Positions 37,735-50,188 of a DNA stretch of 53,895 nt are shown in pieces. The translations under genes were made by a program, and so were the position numbers. The stretch lies in the NCBI GenBank assembly GCA_043228905.1, contig JBHGNT010000201.1, forward strand, positions 1 through 53,895, given 5' to 3'. The DNA is from Azolla caroliniana. Lineage: Eukaryota > Plantae > Polypodiophyta. Numbering within the stretch: the stretch's first letter is position 1; each line of letters begins with the position of its first letter. The notes beneath the pieces are model-generated. The model was given only the letters and a program-made list of their open reading frames with translations, searched no databases and was not told where the DNA came from.

Positions 37735-38114
37735 AGAGGTTACAATAGATCGGGCAATAGCAATTTGTCATGCACGTAGGCCCTGGCCCCACGGACCACA
37801 ATCTCACCACCCTTGTCATCAACAAATATTGGCCATTATCTCTCACCATCGCAGATGCTTACTTTGCTTCGGAGACCTCTCCATTCTGGATCAACCTATG
37901 CTAGCGATCTTTCGAAGTAAAAATTATAACGTAGCTGACTTGAGAATCTTACATGTACCGTTAACAAGATTCTTTAGTCTCTTTTTATCTTATTTACTTT
38001 GTTTTTCTTAGTAACATTTATTTATTTTGATTTGTTGTTCTCAAAGACGAGACAACACTTAAGACGTAATCTCTTGTTTAGTCTTGTAGGCCATTTTTGG
38101 CCCTTAAAAGACGT

Positions 38115-38187
<73 letters not shown>

Positions 38188-38515
38188 ACAACTCTCTTTA
38201 CGCCTACTCATGCTTCAAGTTGATCAGGGGCTAGACAATGGACTCCCGACAAGAGACTACAAAGAGGCTACAATAGATTGGGCAACAACAATTTGTTGTG
38301 CACATAGACCCCGGCCTTGTGGACCATAGTCTTGCGACCTTTGTCATCGACATATAAAAAACCATTCTCTCCCACCATCATAAGTGCTCCTCTAGTTTTA
38401 GAAATCTCTCCATTCTGGATTAACCCATGCTGAAGATTTATCAAAGAAAGAAATTACAATCTATCTGGCTCAAGAACCTTACATGCACAGATAACAGGAT
38501 TCTTTAGTCACTTTT
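37735..38515. repeat. Two diverged ~245-bp copies of a repeat fragment (~37740-37985 and ~38270-38515)
   Basis: tacaatagat(c/t)gggcaa...tctccattctggat...cttacatg...gattctttagtc occurs twice. Confidence 0.75.
38119..38190. repeat. Compound (CT)n(CA)n microsatellite
   Basis: Direct reading. Confidence 0.97.
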
Positions 38516-39677
38516 CATAACAAGAAATATTTTGTGTGTAGATGCCCCATTTTCAACCACGTTCGAAATATGTATGCTACCTTTCCACAAGCTTCACCGT
38601 CATTGGACAAACGATGGAGAAAGCTGACACCGACGATTAAGCCAAATGTTGCTCAAACATCAAAAGCATAGGGAATCAACCCTTGCATTAGAATGCAGGA
38701 TGAAATGACAATCCCACTTCACTGAACTCTTCCATAGTTCTTTACCTTCACTAACAACCGCACAGGAGTCACCATACAATGTGCAAAAGAATGCTGATGA
38801 CAAAGGGACAACACAAGTACCAAGATATCAGGGACATGGGCCATACCATCACCAAATTATGGAGATAACTCCTTGCCAAGTCCAATCCGCACAAGGACCC
38901 ACAGATACACTTGTTAAACTTCGTCATAAAATCATCCCACCACAACAACCAACCGTGGACACGGAATCCAATCACCACTACTCTCATGCATGTTACTTAT
39001 GCATTTCATGCTTATACATATACATAATATATTATTCTACAACAGTTTCCCTTGTGCTGATCTACATTAACACTAGATTTTCTTGAAAATTATATGCATA
39101 GAAAAAACTGACTTCGTTTGCGTTCAAAAATCTTGCTCAACACCTAGGCTATGATGATTTTTATCAGTCGAAAAAATGTTATTTTGTCCTTGAGTACTAG
39201 TACGTTGTTTTCTCACGATCTAGCCTTTGAAAAGCCTCAATGTGACATAGATTTCCGAAGAACCTCATCACACAGAAGACCTCCAATCAACCCTAATGAG
39301 AAAAAAACAGAGGCATAACAGCTAAACACCAAAAGAACTACATATTAAGGAACAAACGAAAGAAAATTGAGCATGCAAAAGACAATAATGTATCATTCTC
39401 TTACTCTCCGTCTCTCTCAGTGTCAATCTCCTTCACCATCTCCACAATTTCTTTTCATCGCGTGGAACGCTGTAATCCTCTCTCTATACAGAACGGATCT
39501 CCATTTTCTCTCTCATTGTCTCTCTCATTGTCTCTCTCTCTCTCTCTCTCTCCAGAAAGGATCTTCATTTATTCATACATACATACCTGGTAGGAGGCTA
39601 TTCTGAGAGCAGAAAACCCACCTCCTTCAATGCAGAATCCACCATCCCTTATGACACTGGCCAAGGATATAGGGTCA

Positions 39678-39678
<1 letters not shown>

Positions 39679-39708
<30 letters not shown>

Positions 39709-39892
39709 TGTATGTATGTATGTATGTATGTATGTATGTATGTATGTATGAATGTTATGTATGCATGTTATGTATGTTATGTATGTATGCATGTATGTAT
39801 GCATGTATGTATGTATGTGTGTATGTTATGTATGTATGTTATGTATGTATGTTATGTATGGATGTATGTATGTATGTTATGTATGTATGTAT
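39679..39892. repeat. (ATGT)n tetranucleotide microsatellite, degenerating rightwards
   Basis: Direct reading. Confidence 0.97.
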
Positions 39893-41984
39893 CCTTAGGG
39901 CAAACATTTTAATGATACCCATTGCTTTCCTTTGCCATGTACATGTAGGTGAGTATATATTATAGATATATCATATACCTTATCCTTGATGTGTCATATG
40001 CATGCATACATTGCATGTGTGCATTATATATGTGCCCATTCTGTTCTGGTACATATACACATATGTATGTGTGTTTTTGTGAACTTGAGGTCAATGAACA
40101 ATTGTTTATGGAGTCTCAATCGTGTGGATCTTGTATAATTTGCTTCTTCTACACTATGTTGGCTACTCTAGCAATCTCTCTATGTTTGCTATGCTATTCA
40201 TTTTACATCCATCAATTCCCAATTCTTTGAATGTCTATAACATGGCCTAGTTTCATCTTAATATATCTACTTATCACACCTATTGGTACATTTCAACATA
40301 AGTGCACGAGTATTTTACATGTATGCATATGCATATCGTTTATATGTAGCACAAGTTTGAATATCCTAGTTTTGGTAATAAATGCATGTTCTTTTCAAAA
40401 CTCTTACTGGTAAGTTGCGGACCCCATTTCTACTAACTACTTCCATCGTATTTGTCATTTTGTCATTCGTAAAGTTGTGTGTTATACTATTTTATAACTT
40501 TTTCAATTATATCCGCATCATGCATAACGGTTCAATCATGATTCATAACTAGATATGAATTTCTTTATCTAAACATACTTCTCCCTATATAGTGGTCAAA
40601 ACCGTGTGTAAAAAATAAATTTTATTACCTTTGTTTCATAAGAGTACAAAACATTTCTATAATAATAAGACTTAACTTTTGGACTTGGAATATGTTTACA
40701 TTATGATATCATTTGATAATAAACTTAATACATTGTGTTATCTTGCCAATGAATTCAATAAGGTATGCAACTCTTTTAATTTGTTCATACCTCATGAATG
40801 GGGATTATTTCTCAATGAGCATTTTCAAATAAATGCTTTTTGGAGTGCGGGTGAATATGGTAATTTTAAACTACGTTATTAAATCATGCTAAGTACTATT
40901 AATTTTGAGTGGGTAGGGAGGGTTTGAGAGATGAAACGATGCTGAAAATGATTAGTGAGAAAAAAAGGATTCGGAGAGACACACCAATAATATATGCTTA
41001 TGATAAAAATGCCCTTGGGCTAACTACATGTGTTTGTATTCTCGGAGGTTGTATGTGTGTTTTGAAATATGTACAAGCTATTACATTTATGTTCATTTGC
41101 CAATGCAACTTCTTACATACACTCAATGTTGCCATCATACCCATTTTATACAATAAATACCTAAAGTAATGTCATCAAATGTATCTAGGCCCTAAGAAAC
41201 ACATGAGATAGTTGCACCCATTGCATATTTGCATTTTGTGGGAGCATGCTCTTTCTTTCCTGTTGTATACATCCCTGCACTTTGTATTCTTTTAAATGAG
41301 TTAGGCAAATTATTATTTGCATACTCATGTGGATGTTATCCTCAACAATTTGTTGATTGAGATTGTTAATCCACTATTGTCATCACCTAAATTTCTACAT
41401 GTTCGTATGTTCATCATACTCTCTCTTATGTTTTATTGTTGCCTTCGACCTATGTATGTGTGTGCCCCATTATTCGTCATGTGCATCAAGTTATAAGAAC
41501 TAGAAAATATAGTTCTATTAAGTTGGATAGACTAAATAAGATGTGTGTGCAAGAGAAGAGGGAGAGAGAAAATACACAAAATTCATCTGGACAATGTATT
41601 AAACAAATGGGGAATGTTTATACAATGAAGCAACAAATAATACTAAGAGTAACCAACACTTTTCACTAGAGCGAGCTTGGTTTTTATGCTAGTATGCGTA
41701 GACGTTAGGACCAACCTTCAATTCATAAAGTTAATAGTGGGTACCGACACACATATGTGCATCAAGTAGTGTACCATTGAGCTTTCTCTCTGAAAATGTT
41801 ATCACATAATTGCATGTGCGAGCGTTACTTAAAATCAAGACCACTAGGTACTTGAACCAAGGAAAATGTAATGCCAATTGAGAGGTGTTTGGGATGACGT
41901 CTCTTGTTCACATTGTTAGTAACACTAGATTTTTGTGTTGCCTTCCTTGTATTCAACCATTGTGTAATCGTTGTCTTCGCATTA

Positions 41985-42260
41985 CCATGACCTTCGTGCA
42001 ATCATGGGCTTTCGTGTGTCTGCAAGTTTTTTGCTTTTCATTCGTGCAAGGACTTCATGCTTTCGTCTTCATGTAATTGTAGCCTTCGCGTAAGCATGAA
42101 CTTCGTGAAAATATGGGCCTTCATATGACTATAGACTTTGTGTAAACACAACTTTCATGTAAGTGTGGCCTTCGTGCAACTGCGGCCTTCCCATACATGT
42201 GGCCTTCGTTCAATAGTAGCCTTTGTGTAAGCATGGCCTTCATGCAATTGCGGGCTTTTG
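41985..42260. repeat. Highly degenerate ~19-bp minisatellite (core GGCCTTCGTGCAA)
   Basis: Recurrent gaccttcgtgcaa / gccttcgcgtaa / ggccttcgtgcaa / ggccttcgttcaa / ggccttcatgcaa. Confidence 0.6.
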
Positions 42261-42575
42261 GACAGTATCATGCATTCATGTTTTCAACTCATTCAAGTCC
42301 AATTTGCACGTCACGAGTTAGGTTGTGGGCTTGTCCGTGTTGTTGGCATAAAAGGCTGACTCCTTCCAAATTGTATCCTTAAGTGTGAACACGTCCTCAA
42401 GTTAGGGCTTGAGTATATATAAGCCCAAATATAACAATGTAAAGGTGATAGAGAGAGTTACAAAAGAGAATAACAAGTTTCTATTAGAGCTTCATCTGAG
42501 TTCTATTGCTTCTTATCAATTTTGTACACATTGATTGCTTGACATCATCTTGTAGGTCCTCACACATTCAACATT

Positions 42576-42589
42576 TGGTATCAGAGCGA
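42576..42589 (+). other. Primer binding site (tRNA-iMet) of the host copia
   Basis: TGGTATCAGAGCGA, 14-nt complement of the array tRNA 3' end plus CCA. Confidence 0.93.
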
Positions 42590-43569
42590 CCTTGTTGTCT
42601 GACGACAACAGACAATAGAAAGCTGAAAAAGGAGTAAGAACCGGCTAAAAGAAAAGAGTAGGTTAACAAAACCTCACTTCCAAAAGTTGGCTTCTACATC
42701 TGACACAAACATGGAAATCCAAAAGTTCGTCAGAAAGAACTTTGCCCTATGGAAGGAGATGATGCAGAATGTACTAATCATCTAATGTCAATTTGAGGCG
42801 ATACGAGACAATAACAAGTCAACCTCGATGACAATAGACGAATGGCGCTCCCTAGACGAGATAGTCAGGTCGATCATTCGAATGCATTTGGCTAAAAATG
42901 TCTATTTCAGCGTGGCAAAGGAAACAACAACATTCTCTTTGTGGGAGAAACTTCAAGCCGTTTATGAGAAGAAGTCCTCCTCGTCGAAACTCATATTGAT
43001 CCGACAGTTGTTCAATATGAAGATGAGAGAGACGGATCCGACGACCTTCAACTGGATGTACGAGAGAAAGTCCTCCTCTTCATAGTTGATACTAATCCGA
43101 TAGTTATTTTGTTGGGCCCTCAAGGCTCCTTATGTCCAACGCTCGGCCACAACCGAGATTCTTTTCTTACACAGAAAACAGGAAACGGAAAAACACGCGA
43201 CACAAGAGGAGCGAAGAGGTACACAGGAGGTTTACGTGGAAAACCCCAAACTAAGGGAAAAAACCACGGCAGCCCATAGGCTGCAAACTGTCACTATGTA
43301 AGAATATACAACCGTGAGTTCACTGAGGCACCGACCTCGTGCTCACAGATCTTCGCCACATGCATCGGTTACAACAGAGGCAACGACCTCTTTCTCTCTC
43401 TCTCTCTCTCTCATACAGTTACACACGCTCTCTCTTTTTCTTGCACCAACAAGAAAATGACAACCACCATCAACAGTTTGCCCTAAGTCATATTTATACT
43501 AATATGACTTTTCGGCTATTTACAAATATAGTCTCGATGGACTTTCAGAAACATATTTACGAATATATC

Positions 43570-43839
43570 TCTTCATCCGGTTCATACCGGGTCTGCACCA
43601 TCCGGCTCTCCGTAGCCGGGTACTCCTCATCCGGTTCATACCGGGTCTGCACCATCCGGCTCTCCGTAGCCGGGTACTCCTCATCCGGTTCATACCGGGT
43701 CTGCACCATCCGGCTCTCCATAGCCGGGTACTCCTCATCCGGTTCATACCAGGTCTGCACCATCCGACTCTCCGTAGCCGGGTACTCCTCATCCGGTTCA
43801 TACCGGGTCTGCACCATCCGGCTCTCCGTAGCCGGGTAC
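43570..43839. repeat. 54-bp tandem repeat x5 in the 3' LTR (x2 in the 5' LTR, 48480-48587)
   Basis: Unit TCCTCATCCGGTTCATACCGGGTCTGCACCATCCGGCTCTCCGTAGCCGGGTAC; seen as SSSGSYRVCTIRLSVAGY x5 versus x2 in the ORF track. Confidence 0.95.
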
Positions 43840-43934
43840 TCCTCATACGGTTTCGGCCTCGGCCGAGTTTGTTCATCGGCACTGTTCTTCTCCCTTCCCA
43901 TCCGGAGGGACCTGTCTCCCAACAAACTCCCCCT

Positions 43935-46900
43935 TCACTCCGGCATGGGGTGTCTTACCAGTCCGATTCGCTTCCGGCATGCATCCAGCTTGTCGGGTAC
44001 CAGAACTTTGGTCAACATATCTGACCCGTTCTCAGCCGTGTGGATCTTCGTCAGTGCAAACTCCTGGTCATCTACTCTTTCCCGGATCCAGTGATACCTC
44101 CGCTGGATATGCTTCGTCCGGGAATGGTAGGCCGCATTCTTAGCAAGGTGGATGACACTTTGACTGTCGCAATAGAATCGGTATTCCTCTTGCCGGATAC
44201 CGAGCTCTCCGATGAAGTCCTTCATCTATAATATTTCCTTACCGGCTTCCACAACCGCCATGTACTCCGCCTCCGTGGTTGACAATGCAACCGTCTTCTG
44301 CAGCCTCGACTGCCATGAAACAGCTCCCCCTACATATGTCATTACATACCCGGATGTAGACCGGTTGGTATCCACATCAGCCGACATGTCCGAATTGGTG
44401 AAACCGTCCAGTTGAGGTTTTCCGGAGCCGAATCGGAGACACATATTTGAAGTGCCCTTCAAATACCAGAGTATCCATTTGACCGCGTTCTAGTGCTCCT
44501 TGTCGGGATTGCTCATAAACCGGCTCACCACTCCGACTGCGTATCCTATGTCCGGTCGAGTACACACCATTGCGTACATCAAGCTCCCGACGGCAGAGGC
44601 ATATGGAATCTTCATCATATCCGCCTTCTCTGCTTTCGTCTTCGGGCTTTGCTTACCGGATAGCTTGCAGTTTGCCGGAAGTGTCGATCCGACTGGTTTC
44701 GCTTCTGACATGTTGAACCGGTGAAGCACCTTTGTCACGTACTTCTCCTGTGACAGCCATAATTGCTTCTTTGATCGGTCCCGAATGATGTGCATCCCCA
44801 ACATCTGTCTTGCCAGACCCAAGTCTTTCATTGAGAAGGTCCGGTTGAGAGCCTTCTTCAGCATCCGTATTTTGACTTGGTCACGTCCGACGATCAACAT
44901 GTCATCCACGTACAGAAGGAGTATCAGGAAGTCACCTCCTTCAAACTTCTTCACAAACACGCAGTGATCGGCCTGCGTCTTGTGGTACCCTTGATCGGTC
45001 ATGAAGGAGTCAAACTTCCGGTACCATTGCTGGGGGGCCTGCTTCAACCCGTAGAGGCTCTTCTTCAACCGGCATACCAGGTGCTCCTTCCCTTTCTCCA
45101 CAAATCCCTCCGGTTGTTGCATGTAGATCTCCTCTTCGAGGTCACCGTGAAGGAATGTCGTCTTCACGTCCAGCTATTCTACCTCGAGGTCCATGCTTGC
45201 CGCTATACTCAGCACCGTCCGGATGGAGGTCATCTTTACTACCAGGGCAAATATCTCGTCGAAGTCCACGCCCTTCTTCTGCTGGAACCCCTTCACCACG
45301 ATCCTGGCTTTGTATCTCGGGGGGTTGCCAGCATCTCCCGGTTTCAACTTGTCCACCCACTTGTTTCGGAGTGCCCGCTTTCCTTTTGGCAACTCCACCA
45401 ATTCGTACGTATGGTTCTCATGCAGGGAATCCATCTCGTCCTGCATGGCACTTAACCATTTTCGGCTTTGGGTGTCATCCTTCGCTTCTTTGAAGCTTTC
45501 CGGCTCCCCCTCATCGGTCAGCAGAATATGCTCTACATCCGGAAATCTCCGGGGGGCCCTTCTCTCTCTGAGAGGATATCTCTGTCTTTGGGCTTCGGTA
45601 GCCGACTCCTCCATTTGCTCTTCATCCGAATCCGATTCGGGGTCTAGGCAGGTTCCGGTCTCCGCTTCCTCTACTTCTTCTTCTGCCCATTCGGTATCCT
45701 TACCGTAACCGTCTGGTCCCTCGAGTGCTAACCGGTCTCTTGCCGGTTGGGTCTGCTCATCGTAGAGTCGATCCTTACCGGTCGACTCGGAGTTCATTAT
45801 CTTCTCCTCTGACTCCCAATCAGCGAGCGTCTTGTCCTCCATGAAGATAATATCTCGACTCCGGAATACCTTCTTGTCGACCGGGTCCCACACTCGGTAG
45901 CCGAACTCATCGTCACCGTACCCGAGGAATATGCATGGCCGGGTCTTTGGATCTAACTTTCCTCTCCGGTCCTTTGCTACATGCACGTACGCGAGACACC
46001 CGAACACCTTCAGATGCCGGTAGGACACTTCCTTACCGGTCCATACTCTCTGTGGCGTGTCTCCGTCCAAGGGTACTGAGGGTGATCTGTTTATCACGTA
46101 TGTCGCCGTCGACAATGCTTCAGCCCCAAAACTTCTTGGGTAGTCTTGCATGCACTAGCATACTCCGGACCCTCTCCATTATGGTTCGGTTCATCCTCTC
46201 GGCCAGTCCGTTTAGTTCCGGTGTCTTCGGCACGGTAAATTAGAGCCGGATTCCCTTCGAGCGGCAATACTCCTCGAACTGCCCCCGGTATTCTCCTCCG
46301 TTATCTGTCGAACCGCCTTCAGCTTCCGGCCGGTTTCTCTTTCCACTCTCGCGTGGAGCTCTTTGAAGACGGATAACACCTTATCCTTCGTCTTCAACGG
46401 TGTGGCCCACAGCTTCCGGCTGTGGTCATCTATGAACGTCACGAAGTACTGCGCTCCGGCATGTGACTTCGTGTCTACTTGACACACATCCGTATGCACC
46501 AACTCCAGTGGTGCAGTACGTCTCATCGGTGGCCTTGGTCGGAAGGAGGTCCGGTTCTGCTTACCGGCCAGACAATCAGTGCACTTCTCTAAGTGCACGT
46601 TCTTCACTGGAATGAGGTTGTCGTCTGCAAGCCTCTTCATCCCCTTCTCGCTCATATGACACAGTCTCTTGTGCCACAGCTCACCGGCAGTGTCGGATGC
46701 CACGTTCACTTATTCCAGACATAACCGGGCATTCATCAGGTACAGTGTGTTGACCTTCCGGGCCCGAGCCACAATCAGGCTCCCTTTGCTGAACTTCATG
46801 ACACCGTTCCGGATGCTACCCGTGTAGCCTTCATCATCTAGTCGACCGGTTGATATCAGGTTCAGACAAACCTCCGGAACGTGTCGGACATCCTTCAGCA

Positions 46901-47981
46901 GCAACTTGCATCCGGTTGGTGTTGACAGCCACACGTCTCCTATGCCGGCAATTCGGCATGTACCTTCATTCCCCATCCGGACACAGCCGTGGTCACCGGC
47001 TGAGTAGGATGAGAAGCATTTCCGGTCCGGGGCAAGGTGGAACGATGCTCCGGAGTCTACCACCCAGGTCATCTTGTCGACAGCAAGGTTTATCTCACTC
47101 TCCTCGGTGATGAGCATCAACTCTTCTTCACTTACCGCGATTGTCGTCGTTCCCTTCCGGTCCGTCCCCTTCCGGTCTTTACCGTTCCGGTCCGGGGTCC
47201 GCTTCGAATCGGTACCGTCGGTTTCCTTGTCTTTACGGAAATGTCGACAGTTCTTTTGGAAGTGTCCCGGCTTGCCGCAATAGAAGCAAGTGGGCCTCCC
47301 CCTTGACTTTGACCGTGTCCCCGACTTCTCCCGGTTCTGGGGACTACGGTTTCTATGTCTTCCGCGTTCCGATTCGGTAAGGAGCGCTTTGGAGTCGGAG
47401 CTCGTATCTTTATCTTTCTGACGCGCCTCCTCATCTAGCAAGCTTGACTTTACTCTTGCTAGGGATAACCGTTTTCCTTCCGGTCCGGCGTTGCCCAAAG
47501 TGACAACCAACGTCTCCCAGCTATCCGGGAGGGAACCGAGCAGGAGCAGCGCTAGTACCTCATCGGCGAGAGGTACTTCCAATGACGTTGCCTAGTGTAT
47601 CAGCCCCTGGAAGGCATTCATATGCTTCGCCATGCTGGAGCCATCTTGGTACCGGAGTCTTACTAGCTTCTGGAATACCGAAACCTGATTAACAGCATTT
47701 TTGTTTTGAAACATTATGCCGATCTTCTCCCAGAGCTCATGAGCCTTGCTCTCTTTATTGAAGTTGTTGTACAGACTCACGTCGATGAAGCACCGTATGT
47801 ACGCCGTTGTCTTCATGTGCATCACCTCCCATATCGCGGCGTCGATTTTGTCCGGTCTCTTGTCCCCGAACTGAACCGACAGCCAGAGGTCTTTAACCAC
47901 GAGCATGTCCCTCATCTTCGACTTCCACACTGAATAGTTGGAGCCGGTGAGCTTGAACATGCCGCCAAACGATTCGTCCAT
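43935..47981 (-). pseudogene. Copia gag-pol polyprotein, inactivated
   Basis: CFYCGKPGHFQKNC knuckle, WVVDSGAS protease, LWHKRLCH and LVHTDVC integrase, LYVDDM RT, ALSTTEAEY / YCDSQS RNaseH; in-frame stops at 47592, 46710, 45174, 44490, 44226 and frameshifts near 46.1-46.3 kb. Confidence 0.96.
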
Positions 47982-48289
47982 TTTCTGTGTCTATTTTGCT
48001 CTGATACCACTTGTCGGGCCCTCAAGGCTCCTTATGTCCAACGCTCGGCCACAATCGAGATTCTTTTCTTACACAGAAAACAGGAAACAGAAAAACACGC
48101 GACACAAGAGGAGAGAAGAGGTACACAGGAGGTTTACGTAGAAAACCCCAAACTAAGGGAAAAAACCACGGTAGCCCACAGGCTGCAAACTGTCACTATG
48201 TAAGAATATACAACCGTGAGTTCACTGAGGCACCGACCTCATGCTCACAGATCTTCGCCACATGCAGCGGTTACAACAGAGGCAACGAC

Positions 48290-48325
<36 letters not shown>

Positions 48326-48809
48326 CAGTTACACGCGCTCTCTCTTTTTCTTGCACCAACAAGAAAATGACAACCACCATCAACAGTTTGCCCTAAGTCA
48401 TATTTATACTAATATGACTTTTCGGCTATTTACAAATATAGTCTCGATGGACTTTCAGAAACATATTTACGAATATGTCTCTTCATCCGGTTCATACCGG
48501 GTCTGTACCATCCGGCTCTCCGTAGCCGGGTACTCCTCATCTGGTTCATACCGGGTCTGCACCATCCGGCTCTCCGTAGCCGGGTACTCCTCATACGGTT
48601 TCGGCCTCAGCTGAGTTTGTTCATCGGCACTGTTCTTCTCCCTTCCCATTCGGAGGGACCTGTCTCCAAACATATTCAACATGAAGATGAAAGAGACAGA
48701 TCCAACAATATCCCACATCAACACCTTCAGTCGGGTGTTGCCTGAGCTCTCCTCTCAAGGGATTAACTTCGAAGAAGAAGTTAAAGCCCTTGCCCTTCTT
48801 TCGAGCTTG

Positions 48810-49632
48810 TTGTTGTCTCCTTCCTCAAGGATACACCTTTGATTACTCCCCCCGAGTAATCGGGTCAAGGAACCGTGGTTACGTGGGAGAGTACGATAGG
48901 GCCGAACAAGCTGATTTGTTACGAAATGGTCGGCCACAACCCGTCGTATGACTTATGATTTATGAATAAGACAAAACCGAAACGTAAAAATGAAGATGGA
49001 AATGGCCCCGAAATGACCCAACAAAGTATATGTTTATGTATTTCTGCATGTGACTATTACACGGCTCACGACCGATAGTGTCGAGAATCGTGACCGGCCA
49101 CAACCAACTTATCATTCGGGTGTAGGGAATGTAAAGTAGAATGAACTCAGACAGAGTACGAAAACAAACATAGCACAAGAGACAGAAACACGTGATCTTA
49201 ACGTGGAAACCCGAAATGGGAAAACCATGGGAATCCACAAACCCCGAGAAACAAAATCACTATGCTAAAAGGACGAGTACAACTAGAAGCTCTGAGGCAA
49301 CGACCTCGAGGTTCTACTTCGTCAACAGACGGCTACACAGTTACACACTCTCTCACTCTTACTCACTTAGTGTTACACAATTATAGAGACAACGACCTTC
49401 TAAGTAACCTTTTACAATGACTCCATATATTACAACGTTATGATTGCCCTAAGTACTTATACTAGTACACCTTTTGGGTTATTTACAAGTGTAGCCCATA
49501 AGGGCATATTTAGACTATTTACAAGTATAGTCTTCCGAGTTGGCTGTCTACACAATTTTGGTTTCAGCCTCGCCCGAGTTTCGCATAAACTCGGCTCTTC
49601 TCTTCCCATCCGGAGGGACTCGTTTCCTAAAA
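48810..49632 (-). mobile_element. Diverged LTR-like sequence related to the nested element's LTR (ends approximate)
   Basis: Shares acgtggaaa..ccc...gggaaaacca, gaggcaacgacctc, acagttacac, gccctaagt..ttatacta, tatttacaa and cttcccatccggagggac in the same order as 43110-43924; interrupts host gag after ALALLSSL. Confidence 0.7.
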
Positions 49633-50188
49633 GATAGTATTGTTTTCTCTCTTATAAAACATAAAATAGATATCTCTATATATTCTGCACTTCTTTCTAT
49701 CGTTGCTCCATGCTTTATATAGCTTTTGTTTCCCTTGGCGCGTTCCAACTACTTCCTTCTGATTTGCGACCTCTATTCTTGGCTACGCGTATTCGTTTAA
49801 CTATTTCCCTTCATGTTCGATTGATTCTCCTTTACTACTACTTTACCTACTCGTCTCTTTAGGTTCGTTTCACACCTCGTGCCCTTTGTCCCACGGATAA
49901 CACTTGGCTCATCGCCAAAGGTTTCAAACAGGAACATGGGGTGGACTACGACGAGGTCTTCTCACTGGTAATCAAAATGACCACCTTCGGCTCCTTCTCG
50001 GGGTCGTGGAAATGGAAGTCCCAGAGCTGGAACAAGTAGATGTCAAAACAACCTTCCTACATAAAAAGATCTCGAAGAAGACATTTATATGTCTCAACCG
50101 GCAGGCTTCACGACGACAGGGGAGCAAGGACACCTCGTCTGCAAGCTGAAGAAGAGCCTACATGGCCTCAAACAAGCGCAGAGAATGT

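Larger units (their letters stand above)
43110..48672 (-). mobile_element. Full-length nested Ty1/copia LTR retrotransposon
   Basis: 5' LTR 48012-48672, 3' LTR 43110-43924 (both TG...CA), PBS TGGTATCAGAGC 47998-48009, PPT 43925-43939, 5-bp TSD TATTT/TATTC; domain order gag-PR-INT-RT-RH. Confidence 0.97.

Noticed and set aside
39630-40230. Cys/Met/Tyr/Val-rich ORFs
   Set aside because: Translations of the (ATGT)n microsatellite.
43339-44094. 251-aa ORF and opposite-strand repeats as an extra (env-like) retroelement gene
   Set aside because: Lies within the LTR and is open only because of the 54-bp repeat; length differs in the other LTR.
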